Positions 38,556 to 48,173 of a stretch of 64,000 nt of DNA are shown here, one piece after another. A program made the position numbers and the translations under genes. Below the pieces are notes generated by a model. It was not told the origin of the DNA. It saw nothing but the letters and a program-made list of their open reading frames with translations, and did no database searches. Source of the DNA: an uncultured bacterium (lineage in GTDB: Bacteria > Omnitrophota > Omnitrophia > Omnitrophales > JACQLI01); NCBI GenBank assembly GCA_964372875.1, contig CAYJTB010000001.1, positions 27,860 to 91,859 on the forward strand. Direction: 5' to 3'. The number at the start of each line of letters is the position of its first letter. Within the stretch, counting starts at the first letter, position 1.

Positions 38556-40496
38556 ATGAAGATAAAAATCGAAGGTTCAACTAATAAGCTTGTAAAGGTG
38601 ATCAGCATTTTCCTGTCTTTATCTTTGATTTTCTGGGTTTCGGTCCCGGTTTCTTTTGCTGGTTCACCGTTTGAGGCTCCTGAGACTGACCCAAATTCCA
38701 CCACTCCTACGATTGACATTGAAAATCCTGAAAATCCTCCCGCGGAAGAAGAATTTCCCGACCCGGCAGCTTTGGGATCCGACCAAGAGACCACCGAAGA
38801 ATTTGTAGCGACAGAGGAAGGAACCCCTTTGTCTGACCCCATTTTTCTTGATGATCCTCAGGACCAAGCCCTTCTCGATGCATTGATTGACGCCGGTGCA
38901 GACCAAGCGACGATCGACGCTTTTCTGACAAGCGTTGAAGTAGAAAACACAGTAGCGCTGCCGGATGAAGAAACGAATCCCAATGAGGACCCTTTTTTGA
39001 TGGGTCAAACGGAGGAATCCATAGAGGGTACAGCGTTTGAAGATCCTGCCCTTACCGGTCCGAGTAATGAAGCGGCAGAAAATGTAGATCTTGAAGCGGA
39101 AACAAGTGACCCAGAAATGATTGAGATGGCGACCTTGGAGGGAGAAGAGGAAGTTCTCCAGAATATGTCGGAAGAAAATTCAACGGAGGAAACCGTCATC
39201 CCGGAAGAAACTACAGACCCGGAGGCTGAAGTCATAGAAGACCCCACGAATACTGAAGAGGCGTTGGATCTTGAGGCGCTCCAGTTGGAACTTGAACAGC
39301 AATTGCAGATAGAAAACCCTGATTGGACTCCGGAGCAGATTACACAACAGGCCGAAGAAATCATTAGTTCAATCTTTGGTGAAGAAACGGTGAGTGAAGA
39401 AGCCCAAGCGGTGGAAGAAGACTTCGATATGGCGGCATTTGAAGAACAGCTTCATGATCCAAATTTTGATTTAACCTCTGAGGAAATTGACGGAATCCTC
39501 ACTTACTTTAATAGCAATGGAGAAGAGGGGGAGCTTTCAGAAAAACAATGGCTTGTTTTAGAGGAAATTTTTAGTGGCAAGACCAAAAGTACTGAAACGG
39601 AAACTACAGAAACTACCGAAGAAGACCCTCTACCGAAAGTTATGGAGACACCCACCGAAACCATTGAAGAAGATTCCATGAAAACGGTGGAGACAACCAC
39701 CGAAACCACGAGTGAAGAAACCACAAATAATGAAGACGCATCTTTAAATGACTTTCTTGAGCAACTCAATAGCCGGTCAAATAACTCGGATTTCACTTCT
39801 GACCAAGCAGCGGCAAATGCCGCAGCGGCCAACGCAGGTGGTGGCGGAAGCACCGGCGGAGGATCCAGTTCAGACAGTTCTTCTTATGGCGGAGGCGCGC
39901 GTCTCTCAAGCATGGGAACCATGCCCAATGTTTCCCAATGGGGCTCTGCCGTCATCCCCGTTTCACTTGTGAACAGAATTTCAGGGCTTAGAGAAATGCT
40001 CAGTCGCATTAAATCCGGCCAGATGGATTTGCTCAGCCAATTTAATAGAGAAATCTACGCCTTGGTCTCACTTTTCAAAAGCCAAGGCCTGATGGTTCCC
40101 GAAGAAATTCTGAACCTTATCAGAGAAGCTCAAAGCGTTCAGGTAAGTGAAGGCATTCGAGTCGAAAATAAAAGTAAAAATGTTGAATTCAAAAGGACTT
40201 CCATCGTTGTTGATCAAGTCGAACAATCTGAAATTTCAGAACAAGCACCAACCGAGCGAACAATGGTCCAGGCCGAGCAGCAACAAGTCTCAAATGAGAC
40301 TGGGACGGAAGATGATTTTGAAGTGAGCGATCAAGTGAGCGATCGTATTCAAGAAGCTGAACATATTCAAGTCGCGGTAAACCTGGCTGAAAAAAATAAT
40401 ATGATCATTTCCCGTGTCGCAAACACTCACTTGGTGGTTACTCCTGTGGTCACACCGGTTTTCTCCCAGCAGCCACCGGCAGGGCAGACGAACTAA
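38556..40496 (+). CDS. secreted, extremely acidic low-complexity protein, unknown function
   Basis: Signal peptide ...FWVSVPVSFAGSP; about 400 aa rich in E/T/D/P; Gly/Ser tract; more ordinary C-terminal ~200 aa; AGGAAG RBS. Confidence 0.6.
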   Translation: MKIKIEGSTNKLVKVISIFLSLSLIFWVSVPVSFAGSPFEAPETDPNSTTPTIDIENPENPPAEEEFPDPAALGSDQETTEEFVATEEGTPLSDPIFLDDPQDQALLDALIDAGADQATIDAFLTSVEVENTVALPDEETNPNEDPFLMGQTEESIEGTAFEDPALTGPSNEAAENVDLEAETSDPEMIEMATLEGEEEVLQNMSEENSTEETVIPEETTDPEAEVIEDPTNTEEALDLEALQLELEQQLQIENPDWTPEQITQQAEEIISSIFGEETVSEEAQAVEEDFDMAAFEEQLHDPNFDLTSEEIDGILTYFNSNGEEGELSEKQWLVLEEIFSGKTKSTETETTETTEEDPLPKVMETPTETIEEDSMKTVETTTETTSEETTNNEDASLNDFLEQLNSRSNNSDFTSDQAAANAAAANAGGGGSTGGGSSSDSSSYGGGARLSSMGTMPNVSQWGSAVIPVSLVNRISGLREMLSRIKSGQMDLLSQFNREIYALVSLFKSQGLMVPEEILNLIREAQSVQVSEGIRVENKSKNVEFKRTSIVVDQVEQSEISEQAPTERTMVQAEQQQVSNETGTEDDFEVSDQVSDRIQEAEHIQVAVNLAEKNNMIISRVANTHLVVTPVVTPVFSQQPPAGQTN

Positions 40497-40500
40497 GTCT

Positions 40501-40529
40501 TTGACACCTTTTAGGGCAGTCGTTACAAT
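40501..40529 (+). promoter_or_regulatory. near-consensus sigma-70 promoter abutting hisG (probably a leaderless mRNA)
   Basis: TTGACA, 17 nt spacer, TACAAT; the -10 box ends 8 nt before ATG 40538 and there is no SD. Confidence 0.5.
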
Positions 40530-40537
40530 CCTGCCCT

Positions 40538-41413
40538 ATGCCCCATAAACTCAAACTTGCACTCCCTAAAGGAAGCCTCGAAGAAGCCACTTATGTTTTG
40601 ATGCGTAAGGCGGGCTTTAATACCAGCGTTTCAAGCCGTTCTTATTTTCCTACGATTGATGATCCGGAACTCGAGGTGGTTTTGTACCGGCCGCAGGAAA
40701 TGCCCCGTTATGTAGAAGATGGGGTGGTGGATGCCGGTCTCACAGGCCACGATTGGGTCGTTGAAAATAATTCCAAAGTCCTCGAACTGTGCGAACTCAC
40801 TTATTCCAAAAGAACCAAAAACCCCGTGCGCTGGGTTTTGGCTGTACACGAGGATTCTCCTTATAAAAATGTCAAAGACCTTCAAGGTAAAAAAATTGCC
40901 ACCGAGCTCGTCAAGGTCACCGAGAGTTATCTCAAAAAACACAAAGTAAAAGCCGAGGTGGAATTCTCCTGGGGTGCCACCGAAGTGAAGCCCCCGAAAC
41001 TGGCCGATGCCATTGTGGAAGCCACGGAAACCGGTTCGAGTCTGCGGGCCAATCACTTAAAAATTATCGATACGGTTCTTGTCTCCACCACGCAATTTAT
41101 TGCGAACAAAAAAAGTTATGCCGATCCCTTCAAGCGCAGAAAGATGGATAATATTATCCTTCTCTTAAAAGGCGCCATCCTTGCGCAGGACAAAGTCGGG
41201 CTCAAAATGAACGTGTCGAAAAAAGATTTGCAGAAAATCCTGAAGATTCTACCCGCAATGAAAAAGCCAACGATTTCCAATCTTTCGGACGATAATTGGT
41301 ATGATGTGGAAACAATTACCGATGAGTCTGTGGTGCGCGAGCTGATTCCGGAACTTAAGAAAGCGGGCGCCACCGGGATTATTGAATATCCGCTGAATAA
41401 AGTTATTCCGTAA
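40538..41413 (+). CDS. hisG: ATP phosphoribosyltransferase, long form
   Basis: [24 protein letters not shown]-terminal regulatory domain present (291 aa). Confidence 0.9.
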   Translation: MPHKLKLALPKGSLEEATYVLMRKAGFNTSVSSRSYFPTIDDPELEVVLYRPQEMPRYVEDGVVDAGLTGHDWVVENNSKVLELCELTYSKRTKNPVRWVLAVHEDSPYKNVKDLQGKKIATELVKVTESYLKKHKVKAEVEFSWGATEVKPPKLADAIVEATETGSSLRANHLKIIDTVLVSTTQFIANKKSYADPFKRRKMDNIILLLKGAILAQDKVGLKMNVSKKDLQKILKILPAMKKPTISNLSDDNWYDVETITDESVVRELIPELKKAGATGIIEYPLNKVIP

Positions 41414-41422
41414 CTATGAATT

Positions 41423-41461
41423 GTCATTGCTTCGCCCGCTTAAACGCGGGCTCGTCATGAC
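41423..41461. repeat. mini palindromic element related to the MITE termini
   Basis: GTCATTGC ttc GCCCGC ttaaac GCGGGC tc GTCATGAC, just after the hisG stop. Confidence 0.4.
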
Positions 41462-41482
41462 GATACAGATAGAGGAGGCCCA

Positions 41483-41581
41483 ATGCCCTGGCCGAAAAAA
41501 CAACGTAAGCGAAAGATGAATAAACATAAGCGGAAAAAGAAACTCCGCAGGCACCGGCATAAGAAAAAGTCCTGGTCGTAA
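41483..41581 (+). CDS. 32-aa highly basic protein, ribosomal bS22 (AURKAIP1-like) candidate
   Basis: Not in ORF track. AGAGGAGG RBS 5 nt upstream; MPWPKKQRKRKMNKHKRKKKLRRHRHKKKSWS resembles mycobacterial bS22 (..[20 protein letters not shown]..). Confidence 0.55.
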   Translation: MPWPKKQRKRKMNKHKRKKKLRRHRHKKKSWS

Positions 41582-41587
41582 ATAGTT

Positions 41588-42457
41588 TTGACGCTTGATT
41601 CACCTGCTAAGCTGAATCTGTTTTTGCGTGTCTTAGGAAAGCGAAAAGACGGTTACCACGAGCTGGTAACCGTCTTTCATCGCATCTCCTTAAGGGATAC
41701 GCTCACCCTCAAAAGAAGATCCCAAGAAGGAATCCGGATTCTTTGTTCTGCCCCGCGGGTCCCCCTCCAAGATAATTTGATTGCACGCGCCTTCCATCTG
41801 CTTAAGAAAAAATATCCTTTTCCGGGCGGAGTGAATGTCCGCCTCGTAAAACGAATCCCCATGGGCGGAGGCCTTGGCGGAGGGTCCAGCAACGCGGCAA
41901 CTTTTCTCTTAGGTATGAACCGACTTTCTCGCCTCAGGCTTACTCAAAAACAACTTATGCAGTTGGGCGGCGAACTGGGTTCCGACGTCCCTTTTTTTGT
42001 CAGCGGCATGCGGCATGCGCTGGGGTTAGGACGGGGAGAGAAAATCCGTCTTCTTCCTTATAAGGAGAAGTTCTGGTTTCTTCTCTTCCCAAGCGCCCAA
42101 GGTCTTTCTACCGCTAAAGTTTACGCACAACTACGCTTACAGCGTCCCGCACCTTCCTTGACACATGCAATACGTGATGCTAAACTCACTCCCACTTTTT
42201 CGGAAAATGGGAATTTGGTTCGGCCCGAAAAATGGTTAGCCAACGACTTAACGGAGAGCGCAGATCGAATCAAACCTTCCCTAGGGAAGACGCGAGAAAG
42301 ATTAAGTGGCTTACACCTTGGAGTTTGTCAAATGTCCGGAAGCGGCCCCACTTTATTTATGATGTTCCGTTCTAGAGCGAAAGCTCGACAAGCCCGCCTT
42401 TCGATTCGAAAACGTCTTAAAAAAGTCCAAGGCATTTTTCTCTGTCATTCTTTTTAA
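41588..42457 (+). CDS. ispE: 4-diphosphocytidyl-2-C-methyl-D-erythritol kinase
   Basis: PAKLNLFLRVLGKR.DGYHEL, GHMP motif PMGGGLGGGSSNAA; TTG start. Confidence 0.9.
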   Translation: MTLDSPAKLNLFLRVLGKRKDGYHELVTVFHRISLRDTLTLKRRSQEGIRILCSAPRVPLQDNLIARAFHLLKKKYPFPGGVNVRLVKRIPMGGGLGGGSSNAATFLLGMNRLSRLRLTQKQLMQLGGELGSDVPFFVSGMRHALGLGRGEKIRLLPYKEKFWFLLFPSAQGLSTAKVYAQLRLQRPAPSLTHAIRDAKLTPTFSENGNLVRPEKWLANDLTESADRIKPSLGKTRERLSGLHLGVCQMSGSGPTLFMMFRSRAKARQARLSIRKRLKKVQGIFLCHSF

Positions 42458-42460
42458 GCT

Positions 42461-42874
42461 ATGAAAATCACCGAAGTCCGAATATTTCCTAAAGAGGGTC
42501 CGGATAAAAAATTGCGGGCCTTTGCCACAATTACCTTTGAAGATTGCTTTGTCGTCCGGGACATCAAAATCATCGAAGGGAATAAGGGTTATTTTGTGGC
42601 CATGCCTTCCCGCCGGGTGAAAGAACCTTGCTCCAAATGCGGGCACCGGAATGTGATCCGCTCGTTTTATTGCAATCAGTGCGGGGCAAAGCTTGTGGTC
42701 CCGCCTGTCCGCAATATGGATGCCGAGGCCCTTCAGGCGGAGCATAAAGATGTGGCCCATCCGATTACAGTGGAATGCCGCGAATATATCCAGCAAGCCG
42801 TTCTTGAGGCTTATCAAAAAGAAAAGGATAAGCTCTACACATCCTCGTCTCCGGGGCAGCAGCCTCATCCCTAA
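42461..42874 (+). CDS. spoVG: SpoVG-family protein with an inserted CxxC...CxxC zinc ribbon
   Basis: MKITEVRIFP....KLRAFATITFEDCFVVRDIKIIEG.KGYFVAMPSRR and ...DVAHPIT.ECREYIQQAVLEAY flank CSKCGHRNVIRSFYCNQCG. Confidence 0.85.
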   Translation: MKITEVRIFPKEGPDKKLRAFATITFEDCFVVRDIKIIEGNKGYFVAMPSRRVKEPCSKCGHRNVIRSFYCNQCGAKLVVPPVRNMDAEALQAEHKDVAHPITVECREYIQQAVLEAYQKEKDKLYTSSSPGQQPHP

Positions 42875-42909
42875 TTTTGGTTTGTCATTTCAAACCCGAA
42901 TCAAAATTT

Positions 42910-42980
42910 TGCCCGATGGTGAAATGGTATCACACCGCCCTTTGGAGGCGAGGTTCCTGGTTCGAGTCCAGGTCGGGCAG
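42910..42980 (+). tRNA. tRNA-Gln (anticodon UUG)
   Basis: Hand-folded cloverleaf: acceptor TGCCCGA/TCGGGCA (U1-A72) with discriminator G73, as in bacterial tRNA-Gln; D stem GTGA/TCAC; anticodon loop CTTTGGA; T arm CCTGG TTCGAGT CCAGG; CCA not encoded. Confidence 0.8.
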
Positions 42981-43027
42981 AACTTCGACTCGCTTCGCTC
43001 GCTCAGTCCAAGGAAGATAGAAAATAA

Positions 43028-44140
43028 ATGATAATCCCCCTCGTTGATCTTAAAGCGCAATACGATTCCATCAAAAATGAAATCCAAGAAGCCATTTCCC
43101 GGGTTTTGGAAACAAGCCAATTTATTCTTGGAACCGAGGTGGAAAAATTTGAAGAAGAGTTTGCTTGCTACCTGGGTGTGCGCTATGCCATCGGAATCAA
43201 TTCAGGCACTAACGCAATTTATCTCGCACTTCTTGCTTTGGGGATCAAGCCGGGCGATGAAGTCATCACGGTTTCCCAGACTTTTATTGCAACCGTCGAC
43301 GCCATTTATTGGACCGGTGCCCGCCCGGTATTGGTGGATATTGATGAAGCAACCTTTACCATGGATCCCAAAAAATTTGAGGCGGCGATCACCCAAAAAA
43401 CCAAGGCGGTGATTCCTGTTCACCTCTACGGCCATCCGGCGGATATGGACCAGGTCCTAGCCGTCGCTAAGAAGCACAACCTTTGGGTCATTGAAGATGC
43501 CTGCCAGGCCCACGGAGCTCTCTATAAAGGAAAACGCGTCGGCGGTTTGGGGCACGCCGCTTGTTTTAGTTTTTATCCGGGAAAAAATTTGGGGGCCTAC
43601 GGCGAAGGCGGTGCCGTTACTACCAACGATGAAAAACTCGCAATCCTTATTAAGAAACTAAGAAATCACGGAGGCCTTAAGAAGTATTCACATGAAATCC
43701 CGGGTTTTAATGCGCGCCTGGAAGGAATCCAAGGGGCGATCCTCCGGGTCAAGCTTCCTTATTTGGACCGGTGGAATGACCTGAGACGACAACATGCAAG
43801 CGAATACGAAAAAAGTCTTCAGGGGTTGGGAATTAAATTTCCCTCCGAGGCTTCTTATGCGCGAAGTATTTTTCATGTGTATGTGATCCGCGCACCGCAA
43901 CGAGATTCTTTAAATGATCATCTGAATGAACAGGGAATCGGTTGTGCGATTCATTACCCCATCCCCAATCACTTGCTTCCCTGTTTTCAATCGTTAGGTT
44001 ACCGTCTAGGGGATTTGCCGGTGACGGAAAAAATTTCCAAAGAAGTTCTGTCACTTCCTTTGTTCCCGGAATTAAAAAAAGAACAAATTGAGGAAGTAGC
44101 CGGCCAGGTCCGTAACTTTCTTTCCACCCCCGTTTGTTAG
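43028..44140 (+). CDS. DegT/DnrJ/EryC1/StrS-family sugar aminotransferase
   Basis: [12 protein letters not shown]; FE.EFA.Y.G..YA.G.NSGT.A..LAL; [16 protein letters not shown] (PLP-lysine context). Confidence 0.9.
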   Translation: MIIPLVDLKAQYDSIKNEIQEAISRVLETSQFILGTEVEKFEEEFACYLGVRYAIGINSGTNAIYLALLALGIKPGDEVITVSQTFIATVDAIYWTGARPVLVDIDEATFTMDPKKFEAAITQKTKAVIPVHLYGHPADMDQVLAVAKKHNLWVIEDACQAHGALYKGKRVGGLGHAACFSFYPGKNLGAYGEGGAVTTNDEKLAILIKKLRNHGGLKKYSHEIPGFNARLEGIQGAILRVKLPYLDRWNDLRRQHASEYEKSLQGLGIKFPSEASYARSIFHVYVIRAPQRDSLNDHLNEQGIGCAIHYPIPNHLLPCFQSLGYRLGDLPVTEKISKEVLSLPLFPELKKEQIEEVAGQVRNFLSTPVC

Positions 44141-45144
44141 AACCTCTTTCAATTCTTGGAATAGGCAGCGTTCCTTTTTCTCAAAATAAAAATTCCTGCA
44201 AAGAAATCTTTGAGAACTGGGACATTCCCTTCTGGCCTCAGTATCCCCGGCGAACCCTTCGGGAAAACCTTGTCTTTCAGTTCCTCAGTTCTTTTCCCGG
44301 CCTCGCCGTTTCAGATAAAAGCGCAACTTTTAATAAAGAAGAATTTTTGGCGGGGGAGGTAACCTACCGCAAGGCGCTGGAGCAGGCATTGACCCAAAAG
44401 GATCCCCTATCTTTTGAGCCGCCTTCTGATTGGGCGCTCGGATACGCCCAAATGAAAGAGCTTTTAGCCCAAAGCCTTTCTTCTCAACCTATCGTTAAGC
44501 TTCAAATCACAAGCCCGGCCACCGTTTGGTGCGCCTTTTTTAAAACCCGAGTTAACGATTTTGCCTCTAGGGTGTGGAAGATCCTGAACCTAACATTAAT
44601 AGCCTCAGGTCTTAGCCAAATCCGCCGGGTTTTGTCTTTGGATAAAACACCCCTTATTTTCATCGATGAACCTCTTCGTCAAAACGAAACCGGCTATTTG
44701 CAAGAAATGGTTCAGACTTTTAAAAACGAAAAGGCGTTGGTGGGACTTCATCTTTGTTCGAATCAGGATTGGAGCGGGTATGAAAAGTTAGAGTTTGACG
44801 TATTTCACTTTGACCTCACGATCTATAAGGAGCTTTCTTTAAAGCTAAAGGATTTCCTTCGCCAATTGCTCCACCGAAAAGGGTGGCTTGCCTGGGGGAT
44901 TATGCCCGCTACAGCTATTGAGGCTTCTTCAGTCACGAGCTCCACCCAAAATCTATTAATGTGGGCCAAGAAGATCGCGGCACCCGATTTAAGCGTTGAA
45001 CAAATCCTTGACCAATCACTTTTGGCTCCCTCCTGCGGCCTGGGAACGCTGACTTTTGAGCAAGAAGAATCAATCTTCCGTCAACTCCGAGCGCTTTCAC
45101 GGGAGTTAAAGCATTTAAGAAGTCACCTTACAGAAGAAAATTAG
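44134..45144 (+). CDS. hypothetical protein
   Basis: 336-aa ORF with protein-like composition; overlaps the DegT gene end by 7 nt; no motif recognised. Confidence 0.5.
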   Translation: MLEPLSILGIGSVPFSQNKNSCKEIFENWDIPFWPQYPRRTLRENLVFQFLSSFPGLAVSDKSATFNKEEFLAGEVTYRKALEQALTQKDPLSFEPPSDWALGYAQMKELLAQSLSSQPIVKLQITSPATVWCAFFKTRVNDFASRVWKILNLTLIASGLSQIRRVLSLDKTPLIFIDEPLRQNETGYLQEMVQTFKNEKALVGLHLCSNQDWSGYEKLEFDVFHFDLTIYKELSLKLKDFLRQLLHRKGWLAWGIMPATAIEASSVTSSTQNLLMWAKKIAAPDLSVEQILDQSLLAPSCGLGTLTFEQEESIFRQLRALSRELKHLRSHLTEEN

Positions 45145-45153
45145 AAATCAGCC

Positions 45154-45181
45154 TTGACACTACAAAACCTGCTTGTATACT
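45154..45181 (+). promoter_or_regulatory. candidate sigma-70 promoter
   Basis: TTGACA, 16 nt spacer, TATACT, about 110 nt upstream of ATG 45292. Confidence 0.45.
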
Positions 45182-45291
45182 TTCAATAGTTATTGCGACG
45201 AGTGGAGTTAGCACTTCTTCAGATCTCATTAAAGTTAAAAGCACAAGAGCCGAAAATTAAAAAACAAGTTGCATACCATAAGGAGGAAGGA

Positions 45292-45726
45292 ATGAGAAGG
45301 CATATCCTGTCGTTGGGCGTTTTGTTTTTCGTGATTGTTGGATTTTCCGTAACTGCAGCACCGACGACGTCGCTTGCACAATCTGGAGCACCTACCGAAG
45401 AATGGAGCCAAGGCCAATTTGCCCTTTGGGTGGTTAAGGCTGCCGGTGCGATCAGCAAGCTTCCTCCTGCCGCAACCGGATCAGACGCTATCGTCTTTCT
45501 GACCAAGCTGGGAGTTATTCCTGAAGATGGCTGGAAGAAAGACGGAAAAATAACCAAAGAGTTTCTATTAAGCTTACTAGGGGATGACTCGGAAGGTGCC
45601 GAAGGTCTCAGCTTCGATGACTTGATTCAAAGACTCCAAGATCAGGTTAATACGCTTGTTACTCAATGGAACGAAGGATATTTTAGCGGGTCAACAGATA
45701 CAGCGGCTTCTTCGATTACTCCCTAA
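45292..45726 (+). CDS. secreted hypothetical protein
   Basis: AAGGAGGA RBS; signal peptide MRRHILSLGVLFFVIVGFSVTAAPTTSLA; ATG 45292 preferred to the track start 45193. Confidence 0.6.
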   Translation: MRRHILSLGVLFFVIVGFSVTAAPTTSLAQSGAPTEEWSQGQFALWVVKAAGAISKLPPAATGSDAIVFLTKLGVIPEDGWKKDGKITKEFLLSLLGDDSEGAEGLSFDDLIQRLQDQVNTLVTQWNEGYFSGSTDTAASSITP

Positions 45727-45795
45727 TACCATTGACGCTATCTTACTCTTAATATTCAATAAATTTGAGACTAACGCTTAACCTTAAAGAGGTGA

Positions 45796-47214
45796 ATGAT
45801 GAAAAAGCATGAGCTAAAAGCGAATTGGGCGGTGGGGAGTTTAATAGTCTTTTTTGCATTCTTATTGTCACTGACACCCCTTTCCTCCGCAGATGAGGGA
45901 GCAGCGACAGAAGCTAGCTCTGGGAATATGTGGTCAAGGATGAAAAATAGTTTGTCTAATCTCGGCTCCGGACTGCCGAACATATTTTCAGAGCTTTCCC
46001 CTGCAGATGTGGGAGTGAAGCCGAGAATCAAACCTCATTTCAGTTTTACCCAAGGTTTTAATTCCAATGCAAACTTAGGCCAAAAGCAAGCAGACGCTGC
46101 ATGGAAGGCCCGCATGGCTCCAGGGATTACTATTTCCATCCCATCCGGGAAGCTTTACACGGAAATGGATTACACGTACGGTCTTTCTACCACACAGGGA
46201 AGACGTACTTCTGATACGGTCAATACGCATAATTTGAATGCCTTAGCCCGGTATGACCTGAGTGAAGAGACGATTGTGGGATTAGGAAATAACCTGCAAA
46301 TCAGTGAATTGCCCGGTCAGGCTGGAAAAACCTTTTGGCTAGACACGGCCACGGGCCAGATCTCCCATCGACTTTCACCTAAATTGTTAGGGACGTTAAC
46401 CGATACGTTCCAGTGGTACAAAGATTCCATCAAGACTACGCCTTTCCGTGTAGGTGGAGGTGACGCTTTCAGAAACAAAGAGTTCAGAAATACCTATTAC
46501 GACAATGGCGTCGGTGCAGACCTCGCTTATGATGCTCTAGAAGACCTCACTGTAGGCCCTGCTTTTAGATGGAATATTCGTGAATATGTGGATTCGGAGG
46601 GAAAAAGTTACTGGCAAATCCTGCCTGCCACAACCGCCAATTATAAGCTTGGGCCCAAAACAACGGTAAACGGTAATGTGGGATGGGCTTATAGAAGATT
46701 TAACGATAAAACGAGTACCACTGTCGGATCTTCCACGTCTGAAATTGTTTACGGAGCCGGTGTTAGCCATCTTTTGGGTACGAAGTTTATTTGGTCGGTT
46801 GGTTATGCGAAGACCCTTCAAGATACCTTTGACACTAATTTCATCTTTCGCGACCGGCCGGGCTCAAGCGCAACAGAAATGGATGATTTGGACCGTCAGT
46901 TCCGAGCGCTTATATCTCATCGTCTTAACACGAATGCCATTTATCGCTTTACAGAACGGCATAGTGTCGATGCGTTTGCAGATGCATCTTTTGTGCACGG
47001 CCATGAAGATGACAACGTGATCCAACGTCAAAAGAGTCATGAAAAAACAATGCAAGTCGGAGCGGGGTATAGCTACCGGGTAAACCGCTATATTACCCTC
47101 GATATCCATTACGCTTTTGGGAGGCGTTTTACAGCGGACAATAACGAAGCTGTTGGGGCACGTAACGAATACACCTTCCATAAGGTAACAGGCGGCGTAA
47201 ACCTAACAGTCTAG
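45796..47214 (+). CDS. putative outer-membrane beta-barrel protein of the polysaccharide locus
   Basis: Signal peptide; alternating amphipathic beta-strand pattern; aromatic-rich C-terminus (..YTFHKVTGGVNLTV); directly upstream of the export gene. Confidence 0.55.
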   Translation: MMKKHELKANWAVGSLIVFFAFLLSLTPLSSADEGAATEASSGNMWSRMKNSLSNLGSGLPNIFSELSPADVGVKPRIKPHFSFTQGFNSNANLGQKQADAAWKARMAPGITISIPSGKLYTEMDYTYGLSTTQGRRTSDTVNTHNLNALARYDLSEETIVGLGNNLQISELPGQAGKTFWLDTATGQISHRLSPKLLGTLTDTFQWYKDSIKTTPFRVGGGDAFRNKEFRNTYYDNGVGADLAYDALEDLTVGPAFRWNIREYVDSEGKSYWQILPATTANYKLGPKTTVNGNVGWAYRRFNDKTSTTVGSSTSEIVYGAGVSHLLGTKFIWSVGYAKTLQDTFDTNFIFRDRPGSSATEMDDLDRQFRALISHRLNTNAIYRFTERHSVDAFADASFVHGHEDDNVIQRQKSHEKTMQVGAGYSYRVNRYITLDIHYAFGRRFTADNNEAVGARNEYTFHKVTGGVNLTV

Positions 47215-47282
47215 TCGTTCACCACGCTTCTCAATCCTCAAGAGGAGTTGATGAAGCAGGCATTACCATCCTCTCTTTTGAA

Positions 47283-48173
47283 GTGAGCGGGTTTAAGATT
47301 AAATTTCTCCTCAGTGTAATCTCGTTACTGGTGATTGTCCCCAGTGTCGTTATATCTGCGCCCAAGCAAGATAATTACATTATCGGCCGGGACGACGTTT
47401 TAGATATTACGGTCTGGCAATCCCCCGACCTGACCAAATCCGTTACGGTCCTTTCAGACGGCACCATTGAATATCCTATTCTTGGCGTTCTACCTGCCGA
47501 AGGAACCACTCCCGCAGCTCTCGCAAAAGCAATCAGTGATAAACTTGCGCAAGGATACGTTAAAGAACCCAGGGTAAACGTTGCGGTTAAAGAATATAAC
47601 AGCAAAAAGATCCTGGTCTTTGGCGAAGTTGCGAAACCGGGTCTTTATAAACTTAAGGGTGAAGTGCCGGTTCTCGAATTACTTTTTATGGTGGGAGGTG
47701 CTAACATGACTGCCAAGCGGATGACCATCATTCGTCCTCCGGCCGGTAATAGTGAAAAATCGGCAACGCCCGTTGCTTTTGGAGGTGAAGAAGCCAATGT
47801 AAATACGACTTCCATTGAAATTGATTTAATCTCCCTGTTATCCAAGGGAAATCTTTCTCAGAATGTATTCATTAGGCCGGGGGATACCGTTTACGTTTCG
47901 TCAGGGACAGGGCAACGTTTTTATGTCCTGGGTCAAGTGATGAATCCAGGCCCCTACGAGTGGAGTCAGGATATTACCGTTTTGGAAGCCATTAAAGCGG
48001 CGGGTGGGGTGAAGGAAAAAGGCGCACCTAACCGGATTAAAGTCAGAAAAACTTTCAATGGACAGAAAGAGGATATCAAAGTGAATGTTTTAGAGATTAT
48101 GAAGGGGAAGAAAAAAGATGATGTCGTGATTAAGCCCGGTGACACAATCATTGTCCCCGAAAGCTGGGTATGA
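47283..48173 (+). CDS. polysaccharide export protein (Wza/Poly_export plus SLBB domains)
   Basis: YIIGRDDVLDITVWQSPDL...G.I.YP.LG; SLBB-like GEVAKPGLYKL and GQVMNPGPYEW; GTG start. Confidence 0.8.
   Translation: MSGFKIKFLLSVISLLVIVPSVVISAPKQDNYIIGRDDVLDITVWQSPDLTKSVTVLSDGTIEYPILGVLPAEGTTPAALAKAISDKLAQGYVKEPRVNVAVKEYNSKKILVFGEVAKPGLYKLKGEVPVLELLFMVGGANMTAKRMTIIRPPAGNSEKSATPVAFGGEEANVNTTSIEIDLISLLSKGNLSQNVFIRPGDTVYVSSGTGQRFYVLGQVMNPGPYEWSQDITVLEAIKAAGGVKEKGAPNRIKVRKTFNGQKEDIKVNVLEIMKGKKKDDVVIKPGDTIIVPESWV

Noticed and set aside
41423-41461. Rho-independent terminator after hisG
   Set aside because: The GCCCGC/GCGGGC hairpin is not followed by a T-tract, and its flanks match the MITE termini (GTCATTGC...GTCATGAC). 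It is scored as a mini repeat instead, though a terminator role cannot be excluded.
42981-43027. Fragment resembling a MITE terminus (CTTCGCTCGCTCAG) right after tRNA-Gln, as a possible integration scar
   Set aside because: It is too short and lacks a partner terminus, so it cannot be supported from the sequence alone.
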